Below are positions 11,701 to 25,535 of a stretch of 64,000 nt of DNA, in pieces. The notes under the pieces were generated by a model. The model worked only from the letters and a program-made list of their open reading frames with translations, did not search any database and had not been told where the DNA came from. A program made the translations under genes and the position numbers. Source of the stretch: Protoeuglena noctilucae (taxonomy: Eukaryota); the NCBI GenBank assembly GCA_958009085.1, contig OY253672.1, positions 1,178,001-1,242,000 of the forward strand, in the 5' to 3' direction. The stretch's first letter is position 1. Each line of letters opens with the position of its first letter.

Positions 11701-14700
11701 GGTGCAGCCGCATGAACATCAGGCGATATGTAGTTGGGGTCATGAGTGGCGCATCGCATGCATACGGGCACGGCCTCGGTTGCGATCGGTATCTTGGCGT
11801 GTGGAGTCCCGCACGCCATCTCAAGAACTCTGCCCGCCGCCCCAACTGTTGTCTTGCCAGGGCCGCACCGCGCGTTCACCCGCTCATAGCATCCACCCCT
11901 TCCCTCTGCAGGCGCGCCTACGTCGACAGCTCCGTGCTCGTGCCGCTCGCCCTGGCCACGATCGCCAAGGGCACGCTGCCGCAGCCCATGGACCTCATGG
12001 CATGCATCGCCAACGTGCAAGAGCTCGAGGAGCAGCTCAAGCTGCCGGGTGAGCGCCTAAGCGCTTGGCGGTCAACTGCAGCGTCTACCCCATGGCAGTC
12101 TGCGGCAGTGACCACCCATATCTACCCATGTGCGATGTGTGCCTTCACTGAGCTCAGTTCTTCACCGCTGCCGCGGAATGCAATGATGTCGCACTCATTT
12201 CCTCGCCTGTCCCCGCGTCGCAGGGTGGCGTTTCCGGAGGCCCGGGGGGATGGCCCTGGCGGCCACGGAGATCCAGAAGTGGTGGCGGGGGTACTGGACG
12301 AGGAGACTCATTGCTGTGTGGCATCGGGCGGCACGGGCGGTGCAGACCCAGTGGCGCCTGAGTCAAGTGCGGCGGCGGACCAAGCAGATCATTCTGGTGA
12401 GGGAGCAGAGGATGGTTGGGTGCGACAGCACCGGTGGATGAGCCACGGCCGGGTGGATGGCGGCGCAGGGTGCCACTTAGTTTGCATGTGGCATGGCATG
12501 ACCGCGTGCAATGCCATGCATGTGTACCAATGTCACGTGCCCCACGCTCCTCGCCTCCAGGAAGTGCGGGACCGCCGCGACGAGGCCTTCAGTCGCATCC
12601 AGGCGCGTTTCCGGCAGCAGTGGCCCGCCATCCAGTCCAACGCGCACGTGGTGGTGCACCTCCCAAGCATATCGCTGGCGCGGAAGGACCTGCTCGACGG
12701 GGTCAATCACTGGGAGACCAAGCAGAACATGCAGATCGCACGGCTCACGGACGTGATGAACGAGCTCGTCGACGTCATCTACGTCTGCCCCCACAACAAC
12801 GTGGTCGACATGGACGCCTACTGGTCGAAGCTCCTGCAGATCGGGGGAGTGCCCAACCCCGGCGCCCGCTTCCGCATCGTCGTGCCGGAGAACGCCGAGA
12901 TCCTCCCGGCCCACATGTCCCTCACCTCCAAGCTCATCTTCTCGCCCAAGGCCCTCGCCCGCATCAAGTTCTTTGTCGGGGAGAGACCCGCGTACATCGT
13001 GCCGGGGTCCATGGGCAAGGAGGAGGTCGACCTCGCCGTCGCCTTGGGGTATCCCATCCTCGGGCCCAACCCCATCAAGGCCATGGGTCTCAAGGCCCAC
13101 TCCCGAAGGCGCAAGGTCCTGCGGACGTCCCAGGTGTGACCTTGCTGGACGCCCATGGCACACTCAGCTGTGGTATGCGTACTTGCGGGTTCGCGAGGTG
13201 CAGTTGTCGAATGCGTTGCGACCTGCTTCCACCCTGCGCCCCCTTGTGCCTCAGGTCAATGTGGCCCCCGGCGTGGAGCTCCGTGCCAACTTCTTCCTGC
13301 GACCCACCAAGGCCGACGAGGCACTGACGGCGCAGAGGACGTGGGAGGTGTCTGAGGACAGGCCCATGGCGCCCCTGCAGCGGTTGAAGGACCTGCTTGT
13401 GTGGTGAGACTCAGCAGGACCACCATGCCAGGCCATGATGGGGCGATCAACGCGCAGCAAGGACCCCGCTCATGCGCGATGCACTTGCCCTGCCTTGTGT
13501 GTCGCCCTAGCAGCTTGGACTCCGGTCATGACATGCGATATGCACCTACCCAGCCTTGTGTGTCGCCCACGCAGCGCGGGCGTGGCGTCGTGGGAGCTGG
13601 CAAACGGGCGGCAGAGCGCGTACGACATCATCAAGATATCCGACAGCATCCGACGACTCCTGTACCACGAGAACATGACCGTGTACGACCTGGCGCTGTC
13701 TTTGACCAAGGACTCTCTGACACACGTGCGGGACCTGCTGGAGGAGATACGCAAGTGCTACCCCGTCATGACGCCGAGCGAAATCCTGGCAGCGGAGATG
13801 GCCGTCCTCATGGCGCAGCACCCGAGCAGCCCCCGGTGGCTCATGAAGCTGGACGACGAGCAGGGCGGGCGTGGGTTCGCGTACTTGGACGTCAAGGACG
13901 ACAAGGGTTTGACCCGGGAGCTGCAGCGCATCCACGAGGCCGACCAGGTGCGCTGCGTGGTGGGCTATGTAGACTGGCACTGGAGATGCAGACATGTATG
14001 CAGATTTACTGCGTTGTATATGAGCAATGGCACCACATATGGTGCTGGGGACCGCGGCGGGCAGTGTGGCTTGGCGGCCGCACCCGCCCCCATGCATGGA
14101 AGTGACACTTTGCCCGTTTCGCCTGCGCAGGCCCGGGATTTCTCCGCCATCATGGACATCCTTAGCCGGGCACAGGCGGCCGTCCGCGTGGCGAAGATGC
14201 TAGAGTCGGTGCTCCCGGTCCACGCCGTGGTCTGCTCGCCCCTTTACGGCAGATGGACGCAGTACGCAGAGGCGTTCATACGCTACGGGGGGGTCATGGA
14301 GGCATGTCCGGTACAGGTGCAACCGGCCCGGCGGTGTCTGTAGACAATGGGCTGCAGGCCCACCCCATCACGAGCAACATGGGTGCTGACGCTTGCGATC
14401 GCTGTGCCATGAAAGCTCCGCGCTCTATCCACGCAGGTGGTGGGATCGCCGTACGTGAACCTGCTCGTCACGCCCCAGGGCCAGGTGTCGGTCCTGTCAA
14501 CCCACGAGCTGGTCTTCTGCCCCGCCTACCACGCCATCGGGTCGTCCTTCCCCCAGCAGTCGGTGCCTCCCGCGGCCCTGTCGGACGCCTCAGAGGCCGT
14601 CGCACAGGCCCTCTTCCGCGCAGGCATCGTGGGGTACGTGGCGGTGTCGTTCGTGGCTCTGCGTGAGAAGGGCATGATGCGGCTCTGGGCCATCGACTTC

Positions 14701-15566
14701 GACCTCTCCGTCACCCCGTCCCTGTGCGCCTTCAACCTCTTCCATTTCCTCGTCGATGGGGAGTTCTCACGGCGGGCGGGGGCCTACTTGGCTGAGGTGA
14801 CGGACGCCCAAGGGATGGTGCGCCGATGGGGGACCCATGCAGGAGACGCCTTGCAGCCCACTTGCTCAGGAAGAAGTGCAGACGGGTCCCGCACGGCTGT
14901 GCTCGCAGGAGGGCGTCTACCCGGACACCCTGTCGCAGGGCGCGCCCCAGAGCACGGCCGGGGCGCTGCCGGACGAGGAGGGCGTCCGTTTCAAGCGTCT
15001 CATCCGGCGGTGCTTCGTGTGCCTAGACATGCTGAGCCACCCGATGCTGCGGATGATGAAGGCGAGTGCCGGAGCCGGCATGCAACTCCAGGCAGCACAT
15101 GGGGTGTTAGTGCTTCCTTGGATGCCACCCCACGACCCTCAGGGTGGTGGTTGAGAGCACGTCACCCTCTTCGCCCCGACTGCAGTTCCCCGAGCTCTTC
15201 AGTCGGCTTCGGGAGTCGGGCCTGTGTTTCGACATGGTGCGCAAGCTCGGCATCTCCTTCAATATCATGGACAGCCACACCTCCGGGTGCCTGGGTTGCC
15301 TGGCGGTCGGCGTGACGCCCTACGACGCCTTCATGGAGATCAAGAACCTGCTGGACTTCGTGCACAAGCACGCGACGCGGCTCAAGGTTGCGGGGCCGCA
15401 CATGCCCGACCCCGTCGCCCGGGAGGACGTGCAGAGCTTCCTGCAGCAGCACGCGGCCTTCAAGTTCCTCGTGCAGCACGTCCGGCACAAGGCAGCGGCC
15501 GTGGCCGTGCCGGTGGCGCAGGGGCCGATCGAGAGCATCTCGGGCCTCACCTCCAGCAAGGACTGA
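8705..15566 (+). CDS. IQCH: IQ motif-containing protein H-like (IQCH), multi-exon, probably cilia-associated
   Basis: N-terminal EDVLDFTRILLQ, MDLMACIANVQELEEQLKLPG, IQ-like AATEIQKWWRGY, VVVHLPSISL, MQIARLTDVMNELVDVIYVCP, RFRIVVPEN and LWAIDFDLSVTPSL. Stop at 15564-15566. The exon structure of the N-terminal low-complexity part (9.2-11.4 kb) is uncertain. Confidence 0.78.
13471..13574 (+). repeat. Diverged ~60-nt tandem duplication at the 3' end of an IQCH intron
   Basis: TGCACTTGCCCTGCCTTGTGTGTCGCCCTAGCAG versus TGCACCTACCCAGCCTTGTGTGTCGCCCACGCAG. Both copies end in a CAG acceptor (13513 and 13574). Confidence 0.7.
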
Positions 15567-16338
15567 CGGGGGCCGGGCGACAACTCTGGCGATTGCAAGT
15601 GTGCTCGGGCAGCTGGTTGGGCATTGTGACCGTGACTGTGTTTTTATTGTGTCAACTGCACCTGCCTCTAGCCCTAGCCTCGCTCAGGAAGGCGGGGATT
15701 ACAGCCGTTGGCTCTGAAGAGTGAGAAAGCAGCCCGCCTGCGAAAACTTCGCTGCCTGCGGTGCTGGTGAAGAGGCAGAAAGCCACAAAGAGGGCGCGGC
15801 TATCGGCGGGATGTCCGCTCGCGTCGCGAGAGCTGCCTTTGACGCACGGACGGCCTTTGCGTGCGTCCCTCGCGTGGCTCGCACGTTGCCTCGACGCCGG
15901 GCAGCAGCGCACGCCATAAACGGCGACCAAAAACCAGGCGAGCTACGGGGCAGAGTCTCAGGGGCGCGCGCCGAGGCTCCGGCTCGAGGTCGCTGATGGA
16001 CGGGACCTGTCAATCATCCGCTCGTCCTCCGCAGGCACATCATCCACAGATGCAAATGACTCGGACGATTTGATCTATGTAGCGAAGCTGTTTGGCGTTT
16101 CCACGGCTGTGGCGGTGGCGGTGAGCTGCAGCAATCCCTGGCCGCGCTTTTCCCTGGCCTCTGGCACACTCTCTTCAACTCTCGGCCCTCACTTGTATGC
16201 AGATCAAGTACGGAAGCTTACTGACGCCCGTCGCGACCACCGCGGACCCCACTCTGGCCCTGGCCATGGTCTTGCTGCCCCCTGTGCTGTATGGCACCGT
16301 GAAGCTCGCGCAGAGGTAGCGCAGCTCCCCCTGCCCGC

Positions 16339-17860
16339 TCAGTTAACCCCCTCAGTCGCCATGCGCTGCGCCTCGCGGACGCTCAGGGTCTTGTCGATGG
16401 CCGGGAGGGCCCTGCAGAGGGCGCACATCACCTCACACGTTGACACGTTGAAACTCTCTAAAGCCTGCATCTGCTCGCATCTGCATTCCGCGTCTCCATC
16501 TGGGGCGCGTTCGTTGCAAGCAGCGCGCGTCTCACCCGGTGCGGGGCCCCGTGATGTCGGCGAGGTTCACGTTGGGGACGTACGCGTCGGACCAGGTGTT
16601 GTGCTTCTGCACCACCTGCCTGGGCTTCTCCTTGGGCGACTGGACGTACCCACCGAAGGGCGAGAAGGCCTGCTTGGCGGCCTTGCTCGGCGACTGGTAC
16701 GACGACCGCCACGTGGACGGCTCATTGCCCCACACCGTCACGTCGCCGTACTCGCGCTCCGAGTAGGCCCCAGCGCCGGACTGGAAGGTCCGGGAGACGG
16801 AGATGGACTCGGTGTACGCCCCGCGCACCGGGTCGAACTTCATCGTGTACGACTGCTTCGGCTCGGGCGCCGCCACGGGGGCCTCCTCGGGCACGGCCCA
16901 CTCGCGTGGCGTGCCCTCCGTCAGCGGGGCCCGAGACTGCGGCGGCGCCTGGCCCAGCGCGGTCGACCAGTGCTCGTGCATCTCCCGGCGATCGATCTCC
17001 GCCTCCAGCTTGCCCAGCTGCCTCCTCTGCGGCGGCGGGTGTGGGCGAGCGTCAGACGACCTGCTGTGATGACCTCAGCGTGTTTGGGAACGGCAGAGCA
17101 GGTGGTGCACGCGCCCTCGTGGCACCTGCGACTGGAGCCAGAACCACCAGACGGCCTGAGCGCTGAGCAGCGTGATGCCGGCACCCACGAGCGCCATGGC
17201 CTGGAGGTTCAAGCCAGACGGGGCCCCTTCCTGCGCCGTCATCTCCCTGTGCTGCGTCCTCAGCTCCTCCCGCCGCGCCTTGGCCCTCTGCAGCGCCTTG
17301 GTTTTGCGAGCCGACGTCCCCGAAGGACTCAGGAAGGACCACTGTGTGGTAAACGAGAGGACTGGCATGGCACACACGAGGCAACAAGTGCCATGAGATT
17401 GCTCGCCGTCCACTCGTAGAAGCCAACTCGCCTTGAGCTCATGCCCGAACGTCGCGCGCTCGTGCAGGTAGGCCATGCGGGACAGCTCCCCGAAGCCGCC
17501 CGTCGGGGGCACGTCGTTGTCCGCCTGCCAGAGCCGGACAGCCTCCCGCGTGCGGCTCCCAAAGAAGCCCCGGTTGAAGTCGCCCTGGGTCAGGTACCCC
17601 TCGGACTGCAGGTACCTTTGCAGCTCCCCCACATCATCGCCGAAACTGCCCTCGGCAAGATACCGGGCCCCGAGCGCGTGCACTGGGATGCCGTTGGCCT
17701 GGAGGGTATCGAACTGGTGCTGCCATTCCTTCACGTAGTGAGCGTCCGGCGCCGACCCCTGCGCCAGTGCCGGAACAGGTTGGAGATCGGTGCTGACCTC
17801 TACACACATGCACGTCGCCGTTGCGCGAGGGGCGAGCGCGACAGCGGGACGCCGATGAGC
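16339..17860 (-). CDS. Putative peptidoglycan-binding (PG_binding_1-like) domain membrane protein, probably plastid-targeted; true start uncertain (may lie further upstream)
   Basis: RYLAEGSFGDDVGELQRYLQSEGYLTQGDFNRGFFGSRTREAVRLWQADNDVPPTGGFGELS is a typical PGBD pattern. One TM helix (AMALVGAGITLLSAQAVWWFWL). Spliced C-terminal exons end ...AQRMATEGVN with TGA at 16339-16341. Confidence 0.72.
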
Positions 17861-18746
17861 CTATCACCTCGCTCAGCTTGACTGCTCGAGGTGTGTGTCG
17901 GGCCACAGTGCGATGAGAGATCCGAGACTCCGCACGGCCTCCGCGCTGGAAGAAGGGCTGCGTGGGAAAACGGTCCTGAATAAAAGACCCCAGCCGCTTG
18001 ATCGGAAGCGACTCGGCCCAAGAGGTATTGCGGAGCCGAACAAGGTCAATGCGGAAGGTTTCCTGCCGCGGGCGCCCCGGAGACGCGGGTTGAGGCGGTT
18101 GAGCCCGCGCAGCGGTTTGGGGTACCCAGGGCAGGGCACGGCCTAACGACGAAGAGCATTCGGCAAAAAACAAATCGCTGCCGTGATAGATGGCCGCTAT
18201 CGGATGCCAAGGCGGCTGTTCGGGGGTCGTTGTTGAGTGACATCTGGCGGGCTGGCGCGCCAAGTGTACTGCGAGTCTTGATGCGCCTTTATCGGGGTGC
18301 GAATTCTCAACATTGAATTCCTGGCGGGCCCGTGGCCGCGCACCTGATAGAGCCCCGAAGCAGCAGCCAATGCCCCCATCCCAGCTCCTAAGACTGTCGG
18401 TCTGACTGTCGCGCACGCGTGATGCAGCAGAGGGAAGAGCATAGAAGTTTTGATTGCGCCGGGCATTGGATAGGCTCCATCACTCTCAGAGTGCCGCCGT
18501 CTGGCGCGGCGTTACACGCCAGCCAGCTGGCGCGCTCGCCGGGGAGGGAACTGTCCAGCTGGCGTCCCCGGGTAGGACAGCCGGGCAGTTGTGAGATCAG
18601 GGATCGGCGTTAGCGGTGCATCCATTGGTCAGGGCAGCGCGGTGTGTGAGTGCGGGGTTCTGCATCCGGGCTGCGAGGCGATGGGCGTGCCGGTGGTGGA
18701 GGGGTACGAGTTGTAGAACGCCTGGCCTGTCGCCGTCGACGCCGTC

Positions 18747-19341
18747 ATGCTCTTCTACTCGTTCTTCAAGACGATGGTGGGGAAGGAGGTGGTGGTGGAG
18801 CTCAAGAACGACCTTTCCATCAGTGGGGTTCTGCACTCGGTGGACCAGTACTTAAACATCAAGATGACGGACGTCAAGTGCACGGATGAGCAGCGCTTCC
18901 CGCACATGGTGAGGCCGAACTGGTGCGCCTTCGTGAAGGCGCTCCCACGCCCCGATGGGCGTAGTTGATTGCTCGCCGGCGGCATGATCGTTGGTTTTGC
19001 TCTTCTTGTTTGCGGGGACGGCATCGCTCATCAGGGAGAGAAGCCCGGGTGCTCACTCAAGCCGTGCATCGCGTCGACCGCAGACGGCAGTGCAGAACTG
19101 CTTCATTCGGGGATCTGTCGTCAGATACGTGCATCTTCCGGCAGCTGCAGTGGACACGGAGCTGTTGCACGACGCCACCAGGTGCGATCGGGGTGCAAAA
19201 GAGCGTTGGGAGCGCTTTCGCTTGCGTCGGGCATGCAGCGGTGACGGCGGTCCGCTCTGTCGCTGCCCGACACCGAGTTGCACGTTACCGAACAGTTAAT
19301 GGCTCTTGCACCGCCGCAGGAGGGAGGCACGCGGCGGCTAG
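18747..19341 (+). CDS. LSM2: U6 snRNA-associated Sm-like protein LSm2 (3 exons)
   Basis: [39 protein letters not shown]...FPHM | [19 protein letters not shown]...LLHDATR | REARGG followed by TAG. Confidence 0.96.
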
Positions 19342-19459
19342 GATGGGTTCCAGTAGAGGATGTGTTGCGATTGAAGTCTCACATGTGGAGAGATGTGACC
19401 CTTCAACAAAACGTACTTCGCATCAGCGCTGGCACGACCGGCGGGACCGGCAGCCGCCC

Positions 19460-20629
19460 TCAGGAGCAGCACTGGGGCTTGGCCGCAGGCGCCTGGCCCG
19501 GGGCCCCCATGTCGATGCGCGGCTGCATGGCCATCGCGTCCGCCGGCTTGTTCTGCAGCGCGAGCCGCGTTGCCGTGATAAACGCCTCCTCCACGTTCAC
19601 GTTGTCCTGCGGCGAAGGGGCAGGCCACCACCCTGTGCACTGCGCCGTCACATCTATGCGCCACATGGGTCATTGCATTGCTGTCAGATGCGGGCCATGC
19701 GACGGAGGGCCACTCGCCTTGGCCGAGACCTCGAAAAAGGGCAGGCTCCCCCGTGCAGAGCACCACTGTTCCGCCGTGCGCCGGTCGACCTGGCGAGAGG
19801 ACCTGCGGGGCTGAGACAAGGGCAAGTGAGACGTGCGGGAAGGGACGCGCTGCGGAGAGGGCTCGCCAGCGCAGCGCGGCCCCTCGCCCGCCATCGACGT
19901 CGATCTTGTTGCCCAGGACGACAAACGGGAACTTCTTCTGGTCCGTCCTCTGGTCCCGAGTGTGCGTAAGGAACTCGTTCCGCCAGCTCTCCAAATCCTC
20001 AAAGGTCTTGGTGCTGTTGACGTCGAACACGAGGATGGCGGCGTCCGCCCCGCGGTAGAAGGCCGGCCCCAGGCTCATGAACCGCTCCTGCCCGGCCGTG
20101 TCCCACAGCTGCAGCATGACTGGCTTATCATCTATGCTTAGGGCCTTGGACGAGAAGTCCGCGCCGATGGTGGCCTGCGAGCGGGTTCAAAGCAGGTGCG
20201 TTCAGGCCGGCCCCGCGTCACCCGGGATCCCGCGCTCGCAGCGCCGCGGCTGTGAAACAAAAGGCAGATTCGGGGCTCCAAGAGCGCCGGAAGCCCATCG
20301 GGGTCCTCCGGAAGGCAGCGATGGGCGGCAATCAAAGGGTTCTGCGCGCTGTCACCTTGTACGCCGTTGAGAAGCGCTTCTGGGTATATTGGGTCATCAA
20401 GCTCGTCTTGCCGACCCTGCGAACGACGATGAATGCAGAGGGTCGGGTGAGCGCTCCCCACATCCCCCCGACGGCACGCACGGGCCTGTCAACGCAGTGC
20501 AGAGGACCACATGGGCGCGGAGCGCCTGCGCGCGGCCCCTGCACCACGCCATGCCACCGGCACTTCGACTTGCCCGCTATCTCCCAGGATGACGACTTTG
20601 AGCAGCGTCTGCTTCCTAGCTTGGGCCAT
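19460..20629 (-). CDS. RAB7: Rab7 (RabG)-family small GTPase (5 exons)
   Basis: [81 protein letters not shown] and C-terminal prenylation motif QCCS. Confidence 0.94.
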
Positions 20630-21056
20630 CTGGCCCCACTCAGCAATCCCCCGTCACGACAGCGACCGTTGTGCAAGAGAAGGGGGCTGGGCGCCCTCGG
20701 CGTGACCCTTGCTATCTTAGCAGCGAGGCGAGGCGCAACTGGGCATCGCCGGACAGGGGGCGAGCGTTTCGGTGTGCGTCGTAAGTAGGTCAGACGCAGG
20801 TACTGCCTCTGCCAGCCGGCGGGCTGCCTGTGCACGGGCGGGGTTGGTGACCGCATTTCAGTCTCACCTCGTGCGTCGTTCCTGGACGCCCCGCTGTTCG
20901 CGGATCGGTGTTTGGCGCGGCCTGTGCTCCTTGGCCGTCAAACACACGACTTTTGACGCGACCTTGAGCGATTGAATGGTTGCAGAGGAACGGGCTTAGT
21001 TGTCGGATGGAGCTGGGCCGGCTGAGGGCCTAGGGCTGCGACGCTCGGTGGGAGCG

Positions 21057-24000
21057 ATGACGCCCCCGGGGATGGTGGCCGTGGCAGTGGCCGTTCTGGC
21101 CGCGGCCCTCTACTGGGTCCCGCTGAGCTTGTCTGCGAGCCTCGCGCACGTGCTCCTGGGTGAGAAATGCGGAATGCACGGAACTGCACCCTCGAGTTCC
21201 CCCGCTGAACAATGCCGAGGCAATGGGGCGTTCGTTTGAAGCGATGCGCATGTCGGTCCTCAGGATTCGAATCAAGATGCTCATCCATCGCTGCCGATGC
21301 CCGCAGCGTACTGCCTCCTCGCCGTGCTCGCGAGCGTGTGGGAACCCGCCTCACGAAATGCGTCTCTGCGGTCGAATGCAATGCCAGGAGCCCCATCCGT
21401 GTCGAATGATACCAGCGGCGTCACGGGGACGCCCCAGAAGCTTCAGGGTGAGACAGCCTTGGCGGACTCAGCCGTCGGGCCTTCCGCACCTCCTGAGACG
21501 TCCGACAACCTGCCACTGCGTCCCTCTTTTCCCCAGGCTCGTCCGTGCGGCGTCTCCTGACCCCGCCCCGCGCCAACAAGACCTTACCCGCGCGCACGCC
21601 CATGAAACACGCGGAGGAGTGGCGGGCGCGTGTCCGGTCCCTGCCCGTCGAACGAGCCTGGGACTCGCTGTGCGGCGCCCTGATACAGGAGTGGGTGTAC
21701 GACGCGTGGTGGGCGCAGCTCACGGACGACAAGGAGCTCCCCGTGGACACGCGCCGGCTCCTCAACCGGGCCTTTGGGGAGGTGGCGCACCGGGCCCGGG
21801 GCGTCGACAAGACGGCCCTGCTGGCGCGTGACTGCGTCGGGTTCCTCGCGCAGCAAGTGCGCACGTGGCACGTGGCCACGGCGAGCATCGGGCTCGTGGA
21901 TCCAAGCCACACGACGTGGGCGGGCAGAGACCGTGCCCTACGGTGTGTGGGCTTCTAACCACGCATGCCCGGCTGCCCTGCCGACCCTGGTGCGGCCACG
22001 ACTGCGTGCGCTTCGTCTTTGCTCAAGCATGCGTGTCGCGTGTCCCGCACGCAGGCGAGAGATGCTGGCAGAGCACGTTCTTCACCCCGCCCTGGCGACC
22101 GAGGGCGGCCTGCAAGAGTATTGCCGCAAGCTCGCCGCGGGCCTCGTGTCGGTTCTGGTGCCGGAGTCCAACGACCTGCGCATCCTCCACGTCTTGACCA
22201 GGTAGGTCCAGAGGCACGCAGATCCGTCTTCAGCACGCCCTCGCAATCGATTGTGCTGTGAGTGAAACGCAGCTGAGCAGCGATGGCAGAGCCTTTCGTG
22301 CTCTCAGGGAGATTCTTGCCAACACCGTGTTGCTTCCCATCACGGGTTGGTTCCAACCTTACTATTTGAACAGCCTCGTGACGTACCTGCTGGTGGAGGC
22401 GAGCGCGGGGGAGGACTACAACCCGGGGGACGCTGTGGACGGAGCCGAGCCAGACAAAACCCACATATCCAACCGGTGAGGCGCCGCACTGGTTCACTGC
22501 AAGCTTTGGATGAGGACTGGCCCTCGTTGTCCCCGTCACGCGACATCCATCCCTCACCGTATCAGCTACCATGTTGTCTCATCCACAACGTGCTTTGCGT
22601 GCTACCCTTGGCCAATGGCGATTGAGACTCGACGCGAGTGGCTTGCGCATGCAGGGCCTACGCCAGCGTGCAGGCAGAGCATCGCCATGCGGCCTCGGCG
22701 GAGGCGGCGGAGGCACTGCGTCGCACAGAGCGGGACCTGAGCGCAGGGTCGCCGGCCCCGGCGGCCCCGGCTGCCGCTGTGGCGGTCGAGACGCCGCGTA
22801 GGGATGACCTGGCGACGCAGGCCGGGGCCGAGACGCCAGCGACGGATGGCCAGGTCGTGGGCGGCGCTGAGGACTCCACGCCGGGCCCCTCTGCGCGTCC
22901 CTCGTCGCCCCCCGGGTCGTCCCTGCACTCCCGGGCCGGCAGCCGGAGCTCCTACCCGGACCTGACGACCGCCCGGCAGCGGTACGGCACGATCCTGGCC
23001 GCCAGCGTGCGCTCGGCGGAGGTGGTGATGGATGGCGAGGCCGAGGTGGTCGTGTACACCATCCACGCGTCCAACGGGCAAGAGGAGTGGACGGTGATGC
23101 GGCGATTCCGCAACTTCGAGGCGCTTCACAGGGCCATGCGCGACAACCCCCACTACCGCTACCGACTCCCACCCAAGCGATTCCTGGTCCACACCAAGGC
23201 GAGCACGCACGCTGCCACAGACCAGCCAAAGAATCGCTGTAGCTTCTTCTTGGCCTCTTGCTCTCTTGCTCTCGCTCTCCCTCTCTCGCCATCTCGCTTG
23301 CTGTTGACGGACAGTGCTACCCCTGTCCTTTCGCTGCGGCACCTCACGTTGCTTGTGCTCACACGCGCGCCCGTCTCCGTGGATCGCAGACCGCAGAGTT
23401 CATCGAGTCACGGAAGGCGAAGCTGGACCAGTACATCGGGGCACTGTGCCGGGACTCGCACATATCAAAGTCCTTCGGGCCTCTCTGGGACTTCCTGACA
23501 CCCACGGGGCGGTACCTGCCGGACGTGGGCGTGGATGGGGACGCGCCAAAGGTGCCATGGCATGGCCATAGCAGCACAATCCTACCCGCACAGCCGCACC
23601 TCCGCCCAACCCCAACCGTGCTGCGGCACCCGCACTGCCGCACCTGCACTGCCGCACAGCCGGGGGGCTTGCCTCGGCTCTCTGTCACCCATGGCTTGCA
23701 TCAATATCCTGGCCGGCCTTGCTCCCAGGTGGTGCCCGGTGGTCCCAGCCAGCAGCCCGTGCCCAAGCCGACGATGTTCCAGCGGCTCGTGTCGGTACCC
23801 AACCCCACGCTCAATCGGTTGGCGACCGCGCATCGCCACACAGCAAGCCGGGACCGGCAGGAGGAGACGAGGGAGTGGATTCAGGACAGGGCGGGCACCC
23901 CAGGGCCCATGGTGGTCCCGCCGCCTCAGGCCAATACCCCCGTGCGCGACGCTCCTGAGCTGCGGAGGAGGGCTGACACGACCGGACCCGTGGACGTGCC

Positions 24001-25527
24001 AGGGCCGTCGGAGGTCGCGAGGGCACACACGGTGGACGTCGACGCGACCCTTGTGAGGATCCATAGTGGTGATGGGAATCAGTAGTGCAGGCAGGACGTG
24101 TGGAGTGGCACAGGGACTGTGTCATGCAAGGCCCACCCAGACGGCTGGAGAGCTGGAGCTCATGCGCTGCGTTCTGTGCCCCGTCTGCGCAGGGGCGTCG
24201 GCCGTCCTTGGGCCTCTCTCAGTCCGCGGGAGACCTCAGGACTGTCCAGGCTTTGGATGATGGGGTCCGGGGCAGTGGGTTGGCCAAGGGGCACAAGCCA
24301 CGGATGGCAAGGTGAGGGCCTGAGCTGGGGTGTTGACGAAAGCGACACGGTGTCGCAAGCTGCCCGTTGTCGTCTCAACAAGCGTGTCACGCTTCCCGAC
24401 GGTGAGTCCAGTCCCAACGCGGTGTGTCTTTGCCGCAGCGACGCACCCATGGCACCCCCGGCGGCTTCAGTCCAGGAGGCCGAGGCGGCCCCTCTCAGTG
24501 CCGAGGCCCTGCGGCTGATGGACCCCTTCGATGGTCTGGTCACGGAGATCTTTCGACTGGACTCCCGCGGCTGGTGGCGGCGGCGGATCGTGTTCATGGT
24601 TCGGCAGGCGAGGGCACGCATCGCACAACACTGCCCCTACCTGCCGCACTCCCATAAACCTCTTTCACAGTGGCACTGTGAGTCCTCGCAGGTCTTGTCT
24701 GCGATGGCGGGGGATGCGATGGACAAGTTCATCGTGGCTCAGATCGAGGCCATGCAGCGGGAACACCTCATCGCCAGGGCCATCAAACACCTCGAGGAGT
24801 CGCTGTGGCCCAAGGGCGTGTGGTTCCAACGAGACGCAACAAGCAGGCAGGTGAAGCCGGGGGACAGGTCAGGGAGACTGAGTCACGGTCACTGCTGGGC
24901 CCCAGTCATTGAGACCGGCTGAGCGGGTTGGTCACTCACGTCTTGCTCCTCTCGCTGGCGTTTCAGGCAGCGGCGAGCAACCCGATGTCCCCGGGGTCGA
25001 GTCGAGGCCGGGCGTCGTCTCCCGCCCCACCGGGCGTCGAGCCAGCTGAGCTGGTGCGGGTGCAACGAGAGCTCAAGAAGGCGCTGGAATCCAAGTGCCC
25101 CAAGGTGAGCAAGCGCGGTGCTCGCTTTAAGCGTTGCGGCAGGGTGTGTCGTCGGGTCATGCTGGCACAGGTTAGGTTGGCCAGACGACCCAAGGCCGGC
25201 ATGGCCTTGCTCTCTGATTCCCTCAGGCTCTCTACGCTGTCCTGGGCGAGGAGATCGTGACGGACGGGCTGCAGGACCTCTTCGCCATGCTGCAGGTGAC
25301 ACCTGGGGTTTCCACCTGGGGTCATGTCATGTCCGCTCACAGCTGGTGACCTTCTGATCCAGTTGTCTCCTTCGCAGAGCGAGACGCTGGGCTTGCAGAT
25401 CGGACTCAGCCTGTTGGAGATTGTGGTGGGTGCGCTGTTCCCAGAGCTGCGGGGGCTGCTCGGGGAGATCGGCCTCTTGGGTGGCAGCGGACGCAGCGCC
25501 GCTGTGCATGCGAAGCGCCCTCAGTGA
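21057..25527 (+). CDS. PXA-PX-Nexin_C domain sorting nexin (SNX13/14/Mdm1-like), multi-exon
   Basis: N-terminal TM segment. PXA-like PVERAWDSLCGALIQEWVYDAWWAQLTDDKE. PX VVYTIHASNGQEEWTVMRRFRNFEALH...LPPKRF. Nexin_C-like LVTEIFRLDSRGWWRRR...LEESLWPKG...LLEIVVGALFPEL. Confidence 0.85.
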
Positions 25528-25535
25528 CAGCACGT

